A stretch of DNA of 54,001 nt, filler included, from Sluysia triapertura (taxonomy: Eukaryota): the NCBI GenBank assembly GCA_046118255.1. It is 4 parts of 4 records of this genome, joined end to end, with 100 filler letters (N's around TTAATTAATTAA, not from the genome) between each part and the next. Parts side by side here need not be neighbours in the genome. Positions count along the whole stretch, not along the records: positions 27,484 to 40,313 come from JBJNIA010079599.1; positions 40,414 to 54,001 come from JBJNIA010030608.1; 2 more parts are not named here. One strand, 5' to 3'. The notes beneath the pieces are model-generated. The model was not told where the DNA came from and searched no databases. It saw nothing but the letters and a program-made list of their open reading frames with translations. This document shows, piece after piece, positions 37,544 to 51,840 of the stretch; position 1 is the stretch's first letter, and every line of letters starts with the position of its first letter. The translations under genes were made by a program, and so were the position numbers.

Positions 37544-39744
37544 ATAACATAACAACTCGTTCGTTTTATTTCAGCATAATTTTCATAGAATTTACTAGAA
37601 CACATCTTTACTTAAGCATTTGTGAGGGTTTTAAAGCTTATTCTTAATATTCACGAATAAAATTAAGTTAATGTGAGTTCATCAACATACTTAGTCTTAC
37701 TTGTTAGGGATAGCCGTTGGATTTAGAAAGATTAATTTTAATTGAAGGTTTTAACGTATGCATCTTTCTTGAAAGAAATTGGGTCAACAAGGTATTATCT
37801 ATTAAATTTTTACTAAAATCTCTTGATTGAATGATTATATTCAGGTCCTTAGTAAATAGACATAATTATTTGATTTTATGCGGTTTCTTATTAAATGAAA
37901 TCAATAGTTTTAATGAAAATTTTAATATAATTTTATGGAGATTTCTATGTAAAAGAAACCTTTGACAGTTTGCTGAAAACAAAATTTAAAAATTACACTG
38001 AAAGTTTATTAATAAAAATTACGTTATCAGGCAAAATTACTAATAATAAAAAGTTATATTTTGTCTGGATTAATTCTGCTAATCCTATATGTAAACTAAA
38101 TTAAAAAATTATTTTATTCAGCCTATCATTTTAAAAGATAGGAATAAGTTCAAAATACGATTTTAAGTATAATTTATTACGTAATCTTCGAATGATTACA
38201 AAAAACTCAAATTGAAAACTAACGGTTATTTAATTGACAATTAATTTCGCCGGAGTTTGTGGAATTTGTAAAAAAATTTCGTGTGAAGTTGTTAAAATTG
38301 TGAAAGTTTATATACTCAAATCGTACGTGACCTTCACAATTAAAACAACCTACCATGACAATTAAATTGTTTAAACAAATATTTTAAATTAACCATTTTT
38401 ACAATTAAATATTAATCAATTTTTTTACAATTTATTTTAAAATTAACTATTTAAATAAATATTTTTACAATTATTAATTAAAATTACTTTAAAATCAGTA
38501 TGAGCAGAGTAATTCAATTAATTATATCCAGTAATCAATACTTTTATAGATTCATAATTCCAAAATTAATAGATTTATAATTCTAAAATTAATCATATAT
38601 GCAAATGATCAATAATAAACATAATGAAAATTAATCAATAATAGACATAGACACAACACATAAAAAGAGATAAATGTTTTTCGGTGGGCTAATTATAAAT
38701 GATCCCTAATTTCTTTAGAAGGGTCTTTACTGTAGTTATCTTTTAAATTATGCACAAAATTTGGACTCGTCCATGAAGATTACTTTTTGTCACTTAACAA
38801 TTTTTAAAATTACATCACAACTTGGTTCACGACTACCTTTTCCTCCATTAGACAAAACTTGAAGTGTACCATCATCATATACGCATGAATCACCCTAAAT
38901 CTATTTTGATCTTGAACTTGAATAAAAAGACTAGGAGATTTTTCACTAAATTCCACATCGGTCATAGTAAATGTATCAGTTCCTTCTGTATTTAAGTAAT
39001 TTATTTTATTATATTTCAATAAATCCATACTGCTCATGGTAACTGTGGTGGTTCAGCCCATTACTGCGATCATATTGCATCAATAACGACAATCATCGAC
39101 AAAAAACCTGATCACAAAAAGATACATTATAACATATTTCACTTTCACCAAATCCCTGCTTTCACCATTACATTTCAACTATAGTTACAAGATCATAAGC
39201 ATTAAAGTCATAATCATCTAATAAAATTAAATTTTAAGCCAATAACACTCCAAGCTTTACAATAAAGATAATCCTCACTGTCATCTATCATCGTTGTAGC
39301 TCCTTACCTTTTATCAAATTTTATTGTTTTATTATACTTTATGACGTATGTCGAATTGTATATTGTATTTATGCCATAATTTTACGTTTTTTTTAATGAA
39401 TTAAGCTAAAAGAAACAAAAAATTCGACCTTGATTTTAAAAATAAATTTTTAAAAACTTTAAAATGTTATAAATACAAATTTTAAATTGATGCAGAGACA
39501 GTATTTCAAAATGAAAATCAAGTTAACCATGACGGATTCGATACAAGTAGCACTATCATTATTCAGTGATTGGATCGTCTACCACGTGACTCCGAATGCT
39601 TTAGATTGTTGCCATGACGAGTCACGTGCAAGATGATTGAAATGTTTTAAGTCACAGGTCAAAGAAGAAGATCAGGTCACGCTGGTACACGACAATTTGA
39701 AGTGCAATAAATGTATAACCAAAGATGATATAATGTTCTTATTG

Positions 39745-39845
39745 TAAGTAATAAAATCTAAATGATAAATAATAAAAACCATCTGTAAATAATAAAATTT
39801 AGTGTAAATAATAAAATCTATTCGTAAATAATAAAATTTATTTCA
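39745..39845. repeat. ~20-nt minisatellite (GTAAATAATAAAAT core)
   Basis: About five imperfect tandem copies. Confidence 0.7.
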
Positions 39846-40313
39846 AAAAACATTTTTACCATTTTATATTATTTATAAAACATTTTCATAATTAATTGCA
39901 AATAATAAAATTTTCATATTAATTGTAAATAAACATTTTGTATTATCTGAATAATAAAAGTTAACGGATATTTATTATTTATTTAAAACATATTAATAAT
40001 CTATTTATTAAACGGATATTATATTAGTATATTTATTTATTAATCTATTTAAACGGATATTATACGAATATTATAAAGGAAATAACAGTCATTTTAAAAA
40101 ATTTTATTAATCAATATACAAAATTCCAAAAAGGTATAAAAAGGTATAATTTAATAATTATTAGCGCACAATCATAGAAAAGTTTTTTGTTAACACATTT
40201 CTGGAGACAAATTCTGTGGAACGATCTATTCGATCTTTTGGTTATTTAAAAATTTACGATTGGAACATTCGATATTTTCCCAATTGCTCACATCTGAAAT
40301 TTTAACTTCAAAA

Positions 40314-40413
40314 NNNNNNNNNNNNNNNNNNNNNNNNNNNNNNNNNNNNNNNNNNNNTTAATTAATTAANNNNNNNNNNNNNNNNNNNNNNNNNNNNNNN
40401 NNNNNNNNNNNNN
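40314..40413. other. Artificial contig-joining linker
   Basis: Identical 100-bp structure. Confidence 0.98.
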
Positions 40414-40469
40414 TATTAAAATTGAATAAATATTTGAGTAGAAAAAACTCTGACAAATTATTTTCTTTA

Positions 40470-40557
40470 TGAGGTTCAGGAGGAGAAACACGAGGTTCCT
40501 TCACGAAACCCATGGGCTCGAAGGGTTCCTAGAAGTATAAAAGGTTGAAGACCCCTG
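40470..40557. mobile_element. hAT/Charlie-like terminal fragment
   Basis: Ends in GGGTTCC...AAAAGGTTGAAGACCCCTG, a typical hAT terminus; the other end is not seen (contig start). Confidence 0.5.
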
Positions 40558-42433
40558 TTGTAAGCAATAAATTTATTCCGCTACAAAACAAAAAGATGAA
40601 ATCGGAACTTAGTTAAACGAATTTTAATTCATTATTAAAATGCACAAATATATTATAGACTTATAATTTAAAATCATTTCCTTAATTTGTAATTGGTTCT
40701 TTAATTGTTATATTGAAAAAATAACTGTTGGTAAAATAAATGTTAGTAAATCTAAAAGGAAACACTGAAATATAAAAATCAGATCATTTGAACCACTATT
40801 AAACTGTCACATGTTTGATTTAAATCACTACTAAACCTTCATTTAATTCACATCAGTTAAACAAAGTATAATTAATAAATGGAAGCAGATGAATCGAAAA
40901 AGTTTAAATATTAAGAAATGATAAAACTGAAACATATGTCAAATTAGCAACAATTTAACTTACTAAGATGCAAATACGAATTGCAAGTAAAATAATATTA
41001 ATAACTCTCAGTAAGTGAAACATTATCAACAAAGAAAAAGTCTACTCATGTGAGTCCAAACACAGAATCAATTTTGAAAAATATTCTTTTAATTTCCGTT
41101 GCCATCTCATCATTACTTTTCGAGTCAATAATTGGAGCAATATTTTTATTCAAAAGACTTAACTAAAAAGTCTATAATATTACTACTTAAACACAAATTC
41201 AATAATAAAATCGATAATAGATGTGTTGGATTTAAAAATTCACTCTTAATATTAATCCAATAATAATAAAATTCAATACTTAGATTTCTTGTTCAAACGA
41301 GTCTGCATATATTCTTATGTCAAATAAATAAATTAAACAATTAAGCTTTCAATACAAATTCTGTAAAACGTTACTATTTCTCAATATATTTAAGTAACTT
41401 TATAATTAATTTTCAAATTTAGTCAGTACTCACTTTAGTTCTCAATAATACTTTAAATATATTCACTTATATAAATTATTTTTCGTCAGCAACACTTGAA
41501 CTCATTTCGTTTTACTATTCAATTAACGTTTGCTTATTCTATCTAGAAGTCTGACTTCGGATGCTCGTTTCGATGATCTGGAATAGAAAGGCAGAGTAGT
41601 CTTATTTTATTGAAATCAAATTTCACTTTATTTGGTGAGAATACTCCAATTTACCTTAGATTATTAAATAAACAAAATTTATTTTGTTTAACTTAGTCAA
41701 TACACTTTAATCTTATTCTAATCAATGAAAATAAATAAATCTTTCTTTTATCTTTACGTAATTCAATTTTGTATTCTTCTCCTCTCTACTAATTAAAGAC
41801 TAAAACAAAACTTGAACATAAAACCCAATATTTTATTATTAAAACAATGTTAATTAACTTATACAATAAGATTAATAAATAATATAAATAGTACAACAAT
41901 GATGATTTTAATTATTATTGTCAAAGTACTTTTAACTCACATATATGAGTAATAAATATTATTACCTGTTCAATTACTAATTTATAAAATATGTTCACGG
42001 AAAAATGGTTCGGTTGTCGATTACCAATTTACGAGAATAACTGTCTGTATTGCTGATATAAGTGTATTCACGAAAAATCTCGATCTCTAATTTCTCCCAG
42101 TAAAATAATAAGTATAGTATCAATTGTGAATTGTACTGTTGTGTTGTGCAAAGAATTTTGTTTGTATTTATACTTTTTTAAGTATAAGTTATTTATTTTA
42201 TGGTAAATATTTATTTATATTTAATGTAATAATAATAATTGTATCATAGTAATAATACACATAATAATAGTAGCAGTAGTAATTTTGTAATAATTGTCAT
42301 TTATAAATAGTAAGCTACATCGTGAATAATAATAGTAAGTAATGAATTCATACTTAATATTAATTTGTCTGATAGTAATGATACAATAGTAATAGTAATT
42401 TTATAATAATTGTCATTTATAATACTAATAGTA

Positions 42434-42434
<1 letters not shown>

Positions 42435-42491
<57 letters not shown>
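42435..42491. repeat. (AAT)n microsatellite
   Basis: Direct reading. Confidence 0.95.
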
Positions 42492-42492
<1 letters not shown>

Positions 42493-45400
42493 GTGACTGA
42501 ATAAAAAGGTAATAATAATTCAATGATAGCTATAATAATTACTACTTCTATTTTGATTATAAATTTTGATTATATACATTCTATATTAAATCTCATTTCG
42601 AAATGATTTTTCTCGATTATAATGCTTCTAAATTTGATATAACATTATTCTCTCTACTCCATCTAATCTTTAATTTAAATTAATTTAATCGAGAATAATG
42701 CTGTTAATTTAATAAAATTTCAAATTACTATTAAAGTAGCTTTATTTAGATCTTGTGTTTTCAAAATTTGATTTCATATTATCTTTATAGAATCTCTTTT
42801 TAAAATAATTATTTATTTTATTTTAATCTGAAACCAATTGTTATTTGTTCTTAAATTTTGAATTTATATTGACTCTATTAAATTTCATTTTAAATTGATA
42901 AAAAGCATTATAATCATAATGAAAATGGTTTTAATTTTACTTTAAAAATAATTTTTATTTTAAATAAATTTAAATTAAATCAATTTTAGATTTTAAAAAT
43001 TAATGAATATTATGCTACAGATGCATGTAAAATTTAAAATGCACAGTCAATATATCATTAAAATTAATTATTTGAAGGTAATACCGCACTTCAGAGAAAT
43101 AAACTTCATTGATGAAAATTGCATTCTGACAGCCTAAACCTAATGGATAAACCAGCTACCTGTAAAGAAAATATTGGTTTCACTGCAATGAGATGTTGAA
43201 GTTGAATTTACTTTCATTTTCACACAACATTATTTTAATATTGATTTGATACAATTATATAAATAAACAAATTTTTATCAGATTAATTTGACAGAAAATT
43301 ATAATAAAGTTTTTAATACTTTATTTAACAATATTATTGAAATTGATATATAGAATAATTTATAATAATCAAAATTATAAAAATATTTACTTATCCTTCA
43401 TACTGATTTGAATTTTCACTGTAAATAATTTAAATATGAAAATAAAATACAAACATATAAAATATTAAAATATAACTTAAAATAAAACTTACAGTATATA
43501 AAAATAAGAAAATATGAAATAATTAATTTATATTTTAAAATAAAATATTAACTTTAATTTGAAAAAGAATAAATAAATAAATATAACATTGACATATTCA
43601 AAATAAAATACATAAAAAAGTTTAGAATAAATTATTCATTTGTCATTATTATTCGCAGAACAAATCTTTTAAATCATAAAAGCTAAAACTGTTAAACGAT
43701 GTTATTTGAATAAGATTAAACCATAATTAAACATGTTTTTCATAACTGATAGTTATAGTTATACGCCAAAAATTTTAATTCATTTGTTTTAATCATGGGA
43801 GGTAAATAATTTAATTTTAAAATAATTTCATAATGTAGATTATATATAATGTGGATTATATATTGAGTTACAATAGAAAGTAACAATTTTATTTAAACTT
43901 TTTCTTATTTAAAATTTATAAATTCATTTAAATTAAGTTATTGCTTTACTTAAATTCTCATATTTTATATGCAACAAAACGTCATCAAGGGTAAAACTAA
44001 TAATAATTTCCTTAATTACTCGAATTTCTTTTAAATAAACTTGTTTTATCGATGAATTATATACTTTTAATTTAATTTCAATTTCCTTTAATTGACAAAC
44101 AAAACTGTAAATAAAAAAAATAAATAATAATACTAAGTTTAAATCAATTATCTTTAATTTAGAAAAATAAATTTAATCGATATCAATCGATTTAATACAA
44201 AAACTGTAAACCATTTTTAATTGCATGTTACGAAATAACTTAGTGAATTTATATTAATTAATTTGCAATACATTTCACTAAAATAGAAAAATTTATCTGA
44301 TAAAACCAATAAGTAAAATTTAATAATCAATAAGTAAATTAATAAAAAAAATTTATTATAATACATTTTATTGATGTAAAAAATACTTATGTTTATGTTA
44401 GGTTGTTTTCACTCTAAAACACGCTAAATTCACTTAAAAAGCTTTAAATATTTTTAAAATACATATTTTTGAAAAAAGAAATTTATTTTCAAAGACAGAA
44501 ATTAATTTTCGAAAAAAGAAAATTAGCTTCTAAAAATTGAATACAAGCTTCTAGGCTGATTATTAGTTTATAAACTAAGATTAGTTTAATTTAGTAACAA
44601 TTCATTTAAACGCCATTTTTTCTGCGTAATTTTTTATGCAATTTTATCTGACAATTTTGCAACACAAATTTAAATCTTAATTTTTTTGATAATTCAATTT
44701 TACGATTCGATTCGGTAATACTGTTTCATAACACAATCTCTGATATAATTTGGACTGGTACTGGATATATTTATTCATTGAAAAGTTTAGAGCATCCTTC
44801 TATTGATTTAGTAAGATTTATTTATTTAAGGGATGTAAATCGTTATGAATTTGTTATTCTTTCAATCTTTAAATAATTTGTATGACCCCGATATATTGAG
44901 GTTAAGTTTTTATTTGAAATTTAAATAGGTAACCGATTAAAGATCTTCGCTATTTTAATTGGAAATTATTAATTTTTATTTCTTTGACCACAATAATTCG
45001 TTTAGTATCGATATTTTTCGAGTTGTATTTTAGTGAAAATTTTAATAAGCCAAGTATACAATATACATAGACTCTTTAAAAGTTCAATTTGTAAAACTTA
45101 AATGACTTTAATGTACAGTAAATTTGGTTCCTCCAATATAGTAAATTTAATTAGCGAGTTTTCTGTCAAATTAATCATAAATTTTTACATCGAGTTTAGC
45201 TTAGATATAGTTACAAGAACGCCATCTTTACGACATAAGATGTTTACTGTAACTGCTTAATTTTATTTTGTCGTAGATTTACAGTTAAGAAAACCACAGC
45301 ACATTGAAAACTAAATGTTAAAAATTGCATACAAATTTTGTATTAATATTAATAAAGTAAATTAATTTAAAATATATAATTTAATTATAATTTAATTTTA

Positions 45401-46199
45401 TTGTGTCTAAATATTTATTTATTTTAGATTTTAAAATATTTAGAATGTTATAAAATTGTTTTACATGGAAATTAGTTGTCTTATATTATGAAAATTATGA
45501 AAGTAGCAGGGTGAAATTAAATTTGGGATTAACCATGTAGAAAGATAAAATAAATTTAAATAATAGAACAACTTCTGCTAAAGTCGATTAAATCAATAAT
45601 TAAATTTTAATTACCATCAAATTTAAATAAATGATAAAATTATTGTTATTATTATTATTATATTTATTATTATTATCATTATCAGATGACTAATTAATTT
45701 AAACTTTCTTTAGTAAATAATTTGAAAATATCAAATAATTTTCCATAAAATCAACAAAATTGTTTACTTAAATCAGATATGTATTTGCAGTTTAATTGTA
45801 AAATAATAAAGATAAACAATTTTTATTTCCACAGAAAACTTTTGAAATATTTTTGCAAAGAAGTAGACAAATTCCTTTTTTTGGAATATTTTTAATTTTC
45901 AATAAAAATGAGTTTTTGTGTATTCAAATAAAATTTTTTTATTATTGAAAATGTAGAAAATTAAGTGGCTATTTTTTCCAGTTTGCAGCCAATTCTTATT
46001 TTTAAGTCATTCTGATTTTATTATTAATCCTATGATTGCTATTTTAATTTTTTTATTGAAAAACATCTTCAGCTGAAGTTTTGAAACGTTTCTTTGTAAT
46101 GTTACAAATATTCGGTACAAATTGAAATCATTTTTGCTTGATAAAACGGGGAATTTTAATTATTTTCAAATTTAATTTTGCGTTAGTCAAACATTACAT

Positions 46200-46420
46200 A
46201 GAAAGAAGATACATTGTAGGATTTCTTGTGATGAAAGCCATTTACTCAGACAAAAATTTGCACACAGCATTAACAACAACAACAACATTCACAGGAAGAA
46301 GAAAAGCAAAAAAGCTAAAAGAATATGTGGTAAATGCAACAATTATGTTTGTCTTTTGCATTCAAAGAAGAGAATAATGCGCATTGAGTGTGGACAATTT
46401 CGTTCACGCTTGGTATTGTT
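46200..46420 (+). mobile_element. piggyBac transposase C-terminal Cys-rich domain relic
   Basis: KRICGKCNNYVCLLHSK at ~46317-46370 fits the C-x2-C-x4-C-x2-H end of piggyBac transposases. Confidence 0.55.
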
Positions 46421-49400
46421 TCTTCGTAATCCTAAAGTTAAACTTCTTCAGTAAAAGTGTTTTTGAATCAGTAAAATTATATTCTTTTTTAAACAAAGAA
46501 ACTTCATTTCCCATAATATTTGTATATTAAGGAAAATTTGATTAAATTTTTATTTTATATAATAGTAGTAGGTAATTTATCTAAGTATTTTATTATCATT
46601 TTATTTGAATTTTTGACAAAACGAATAATTTGAGGATAAAAACAAAATTTGAACAGATATGCTTACGTTAAAAAATGTAATGTCAGAGGCAAAAATTACG
46701 ATAAAAGCTGGACTAAAAGATTAATTTGGAAAATATATATTTTTAAGTCAAAGTTTGGCCACTGAAAGTAAATTTTAAATATTATATATATAAATTCGTA
46801 ATTTTATCTTTAATTTTTAATTTCAAATCATACAAGACCACATTATATTTTGCCAAACAACTTAACAAAACCGTAAAATATTAATTTTCACGAATACAAA
46901 ATTAAATTTCAAAATTAAACTTTTGAAATTAATTGCTTGATCATTGTTTCTGCAACTGATAGAATTTTATAAGGTAAATAAATACGTTTTGACATAGCTA
47001 AACAACCAGATGGTATATTTATAATAGCGAGTTTTGTATAAAATGTATATTTGATTGTTGAAATTATTTTCATTTCAATTTTGATTTTTATAAATAATAA
47101 CTGTGAATTTAATTACAGTATAGTTCCGGTTATTCAGATAATTTCTATAAATAATACAAAATTTAAATTTATAGTTTAATAAATCGGTTTTATTGAATTT
47201 TTATCGTAAAATATGCTACTTGTTACTAGATTAAAATTAATCTAGTTCATTCTAATTGATTTATATGAATCGTTGTTATTAGATTGATAATAAATATTTC
47301 CAATAACGAATCAGATTTTAGTTTTTTATTACTAGTCTTAGATTGTTAAACTAAGTGTTTCTGAAACCACCATATTATTTTCTTTGCATTCTTTTTCGAT
47401 GTTTGAAACAGTACACAAATTCGAAATATTGGTGAAGAATTTTTCACTATTCACTTTATTTAAAACATCGTTTATTGCTTTAAAACTATTTCTACATCAT
47501 TCTGGTTTTAAAAAATAATGAAATTTGGAGCTAAAAAATATAAAAAGCAACCTTTTCATGAAAAAACTTTTAATATATTTTATATATAATAAAATTTGTA
47601 CTAGAAAGTACAAAATATTTGTTTCGAATTTTAATCTGTTTTTCAAGTGTCGTTTTATTGGTAACTTGATTCTGATGCAAATGACAAATTATTTAAAACT
47701 GAAAGATATTTTTAAACAATATTAAATTATTAAATTATTAAAATTTAATACTTCATTTAGTAAAAATAACTAATGCAGTTATATCTTTGCTAATTTAAGA
47801 AACATTTAATAAGAACAACATCGAAAATGTCAAAAGAAATTGAAGTATAATTAGTTTTATACAACTGAAACTATTAGTTATTACATTTTAAATATTTGAA
47901 TATTAAAAAATTTAAATATTTATCTAAAGTAATAACACAAAAAAAAACGGTGAATAAAATAAAAAGTATTTTCTAAATTATATATCTAATTCAAAATGAA
48001 ATATTTTAAAATTAATTTTATCATATTATTTATTTACATTGTTTGTTTAATTTCCTAAATTATTTAACTTTAATTACATTTTAATTAATAAATTCAAGTA
48101 AATGTATTTCTTATTTAAAAGTACATTGCAGATATTATTTTATTTATATTTTTATAATTTTTTTTGTATAATAAAAAATTCCAGCATTCTCATTATTGTT
48201 TATTTCAAAATTTATTTAAATTTTATTTATTTAATAAAATAGTACTGCCAAAATAGTATATTTTATTATTGGTTAATTTCGTTGGCAATTTTCTAAAAGC
48301 AATTTAACAAGTTTTTTCAGGAAATCCAAAGAAATTAATCTTAAAAAATAATCTGACAATAGAGAGTTTGATTTGTTCGAAGCAGGAGGTAAATTTAATT
48401 TAAATTCTTTTAATACTGTTTTGTTTATTTATTTTAAATATTGAAGGATATTAATGTTTATAAATTTTGTAAATTAGTTGTAAAATATCGTTTTTGAAAT
48501 TTAAATAAATAATTCTAATAATTTGAATAAAAATATTTTAGTTTCTTTTTAATTAAATTACAAATAAAAATAAGTAGCTAGATGTATATACTCTCGAACA
48601 AAAGAAAACATCTCATATCACATGCCATGAGTCTAATATTTTTCCTTTGTTTTAAAGCCCCTACTTATTTCTCAAGGCATTCGTGTATGTCTGTGTGTTA
48701 CTAAAAATAGTACGTGATTAAAAAGGTACATCATTTTGTGTGCAGTATGCATTTTATATGCATTTTTCTTGTAATAAAATAAATAAAATTACAATTAATA
48801 ATGCAACTTTATGTGAAGCAGAAAGCAAAAGTTAGATATTTGCTGATGAAGTACTCATGATTATTGGCAATAAAGAATTTCTCTCAAAAGCAGATATTCA
48901 AGATCCTATGGAGGAAGATGATTTTATTAAAATATGAAATTGGAGATTTTAACAACTCTGAAAATAAATATAATTTTATTGAAGAAGATGAAGAAAATGA
49001 ATGTGAAGAAGAATTACAATTGAACTTTCTAAAAACGACTGTTAAATAATAAAAATAATAAAGAAATGTTTCTTTCAACCAAACAATTTTGATTTGCATT
49101 GAATTAAGGAATTGACATTATAATAAACAAGTTGCTTAAAAACGAGAAGAAGACAAATATATTGGATGAGTGGATTTTTAAAAAATAATTTTTTATAAAC
49201 ATTTACTTAATTATTTTAGATTTTTATTTAATTGTTGTTTACAATATTTATAACGGTTTTATTAAAATCTTTTATTAATTTCTTTTAGATCTAATTGTAT
49301 AAGTCGTCAAGAAACTGCTCAATAGTATAAAATTTATTCAAAGTCAGATATAAAGAATGAAACAAGAACAAATGAAGATTTACTTTTTAGAAATATTGTT

Positions 49401-50699
49401 AAAATAGTTTATTTTATTATAAATTCTATATATAGCCAAAGTTCTAGATTTGGCCAATCTTTTGGTGTTTCTCACTTTTGGCCAAATTAAATGACTTCTT
49501 TCAATTAATTCATCCAATAAAATTCATTAAATAGCCTTGTTACTATTGCAACAACATGACGTTTCGTTGTGGTCTTCTTCTTCGTCCAGCAAAATAACAC
49601 TAATTTATCAATAACTTTATATCATTTACGTACATTTGTTTAATAATATGATCTGCAAAGCATTTAATAAAAATAAATTTTTCAAATTTCCACTTTTCAT
49701 GGTATATTTTATTTGAATACTAAATGGTTAATTTTTTCGAAACAATCAATGTTATGCATAATTATAAATATTTTTTCATAAGTTTGCTCCAATGAAATAT
49801 AAATTAGCAACCTTGGCAGCACATAGAGATAGTTTACATTAAAGATAATGATGAGGCCTAGATTGGGCATTTAATTTAATTAATTAATAATAATAATAAT
49901 ATTATTATTATTATTAATTATTTTTTCTTATTATTATTATTACTTTTATTATTATAATTTTAGGTATAAAGTAAGATTCTTTCTAGTAATGATTTTATAT
50001 TTAGTTTTTTAAGTACTTGATTAAGTTAAAAGTTATGATGGTATTGAATAGCGTCAAGTAATAAAACGTTTAGGCCAGAGGATGATTTCTAGCATAATAT
50101 TGTTTAATACATACGTTATAATTCAATGGTTTGAGGTCAAAGTTGTGAATAATGTAACTGTAAAATATTTGTATTACAAAATGTATGATGTACTATTGGA
50201 TGATCTAAGAACATATGATGACGATTCCAGATTTTGCTAAATATTTTATGAGTTATCCGATAATTATATAATGAGAGAGTAAAATTATGTATTATGAATT
50301 AAGTCACCACATTCCTGAACCAAAAAAAATGCTAGACGCACAAACAAATTGGTTGCCAATTATGTTCTATTACACTTATGAATTTAGAAATTAAATCTAA
50401 ACTTTCTTTTCAAATTATTCCTCTGAATAAATTGTGGATCTCCATAATTATTTATTTATGTTACTTTCTGCTTCGATTTGAATTGAAGAATATAGTTTTG
50501 TATGATCGTATTTCTTTTCGACTATGTCAAGATACTTATTATACAATTTATGTACATTTTCACGGAGATCGTAATTTATGCTTTCGTAATTCATGATAGT
50601 TCAAAAATTAATTAATTATTAATAATTATTAATTAATTATTAATTAATTATTAGTTATCTTTATTAATAAATTTTCGAATATTTGATATTTACACTTTT

Positions 50700-51075
50700 A
50701 ACCATACATGTTAATTTTTGAATTCATATAACAATCTTCATTTCGTACTTTTAGTTTAGCATGTAATATTTTACTACCTACAATTAAGTTTGTTTCATTT
50801 ATTTTGACACTGGCTATTTTTATTAGTGAACATTATAAATTCTGATTTTTCAAGTATTTATTTCCAATCATTTTATCAATTCAGATATTAGTTCTTCTAT
50901 TCATTGAATAGTATTTTCTACGTTATTCATTTCAAATTCAGTATTTATTTACAGATATATATATATAATAGACAATAATGGACCACGTATTGATCCCTGG
51001 GAAACTCCATGCTTTACATATACCTCATTTGACTTCACATTATTCAATAAAACGTATTGCCTTTTTTCTTTTAAT
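50700..51075 (-). mobile_element. Non-LTR reverse transcriptase fragment
   Basis: RQYVLLNNVKSNEVYVKHGVSQGSIRGPLL (GVPQGS.LGP motif), later KSEFIMF; decayed. Confidence 0.85.
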
Positions 51076-51785
51076 TACAATTCAAACCTTATTATTGCAT
51101 GTTCCCTGGAGATCAGAAAGTAATATTTCATGATCAACTATATCAAAATAAATAAATAAACTTATTTTAAATTTAGAAAAAATACAAAAACTAATATTAA
51201 TAATAACTAATAATAACTAATATTAATAACTATTAATAACTAATATTAATAATAAAAACTAATAGAATTTTTTAATAAGGTTTTTCATATGTGATACGTT
51301 TGCATGGAATTCAACCATCATGTACTGAAATTATATTTTTAATAATTATAAAAAATTTAATAATCTTATAAAAATATTGAAAAATAAACATTAACAAAGT
51401 AAACGAACCAAAATTTTCTATTTAAATATATTGAATAATTAATTAGCAGATACAGAAAAATGAATAGGCAGTGGAATTTTGAAAATTTGATTAATTCTTT
51501 TTGTGTTTGATTAATTTTAAATCGTTAATTTTACAATTATCAAATCAAGTGCCACTTTAAAATTTAAAAAGGATGATAATAAAATCAAATCAAAAATTAA
51601 AAAAATATTAATGTGAATAATAATAATAATAAAATTTTGAGTTACATAAAATTATGCTGCTTCTTTTAATAATTAATATAAAAAATGAAATTATTGATTT
51701 TAAAACACAAAAAATAATTTTAAAACACAAAAACAAATTAAAGGAAAAATCAATTTTTATGATAAACTTGAAAGATTTAAATTAA

Positions 51786-51789
<4 letters not shown>

Positions 51790-51830
<41 letters not shown>

Positions 51831-51840
51831 CATTATTATT
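51790..51840. repeat. (TAT)n microsatellite
   Basis: Direct reading. Confidence 0.9.

Noticed and set aside
38760-39037. KVIFMDESKF (Tc1-like) and the adjacent 75-aa ORF
   Set aside because: Single short motif flanked by stops; not enough to call.
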